A DNA stretch of 64,000 bases from Lingula anatina (lineage: Eukaryota > Animalia > Brachiopoda): the NCBI GenBank assembly GCA_051362555.1, contig CM120647.1:7192001-7256000 (forward strand). The letters are read 5' to 3'. This document shows, piece by piece, positions 63,799-64,000 of this stretch; the stretch's first letter is position 1, and the number at the start of each line of letters is the position of its first letter. The position numbers were made by a program, and so were the translations under genes. The notes beneath the pieces were generated by a model. The model ran no database searches, was not told the origin of the DNA, and saw only the letters and a list, made by a program, of their open reading frames with translations.

Positions 63799-64000
63799 GT
63801 AGACTCAGCAAATATGCACGCGTATAATAACAATTATTTTTTTTTGTCATTCATGAATTGTAGATGTTATAAATATAACACAGCAAATTGAATATAATAT
63901 ATATATATATAAAATGCAGATGAGTGAGTGAGTGAGACGCCTGAGTGTATGTCACTTGCAGATTGCCGCCAAGTGTTAAAAGCAATGGCGGGTCCTGATT

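Noticed and set aside
58745-64000. Search for GCLC exon 1 (MGLL...WGDE)
   Set aside because: No convincing match found by eye. CCTGGG|GTAAG near 59912 does not give WGDE or the needed phase. Exon 1 is probably beyond the window or too diverged.

Overview
AT-rich, intron-containing animal genomic DNA. A marine invertebrate, plausibly a deuterostome such as an echinoderm, is inferred from gene and repeat content only. Most short ORFs in the supplied track are spurious, so gene models were built by reading splice sites and frames by hand. (1) Two tandem paralogues on + encode a predicted GPI-anchored surface protein: signal peptide, 5 group-A SRCR domains, a Thr-rich linker, a Ly6/uPAR three-finger domain and a GPI signal. 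Copy A is 5'-truncated by the window edge (215-11106). Copy B is complete (14 exons, 736 aa, 21297-42467) and has a second duplicated promoter plus signal-peptide exon upstream (15982-16054). (2) An intronless, GC-rich, secreted heme peroxidase of the peroxidase-catalase ('non-animal') superfamily lies on - (46646-47827). It carries an internal Pro/Gly/Arg insert ending in a furin-type RQKR site, and a frameshifted partial duplicate lies upstream. (3) A 15-exon, frame-intact but strongly divergent GCLC-like gene lies on - (51981-58744; exon 1 not found). Its metal and catalytic residues are kept but its substrate-pocket motifs are rewritten, and it has an exact tandem exon duplication and a GC-AG intron. 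(4) Many DNA-transposon derivatives (Harbinger-, Kolobok-, Academ-, Mutator-, Tc1-like and CCC-ended MITEs), LINE fragments, a higher-order tandem repeat and microsatellites fill the rest. The best candidates for new biology are the remodelled GCL-family ligase, the possibly two-chain peroxidase beside it, and the SRCR-LU-GPI receptor array.
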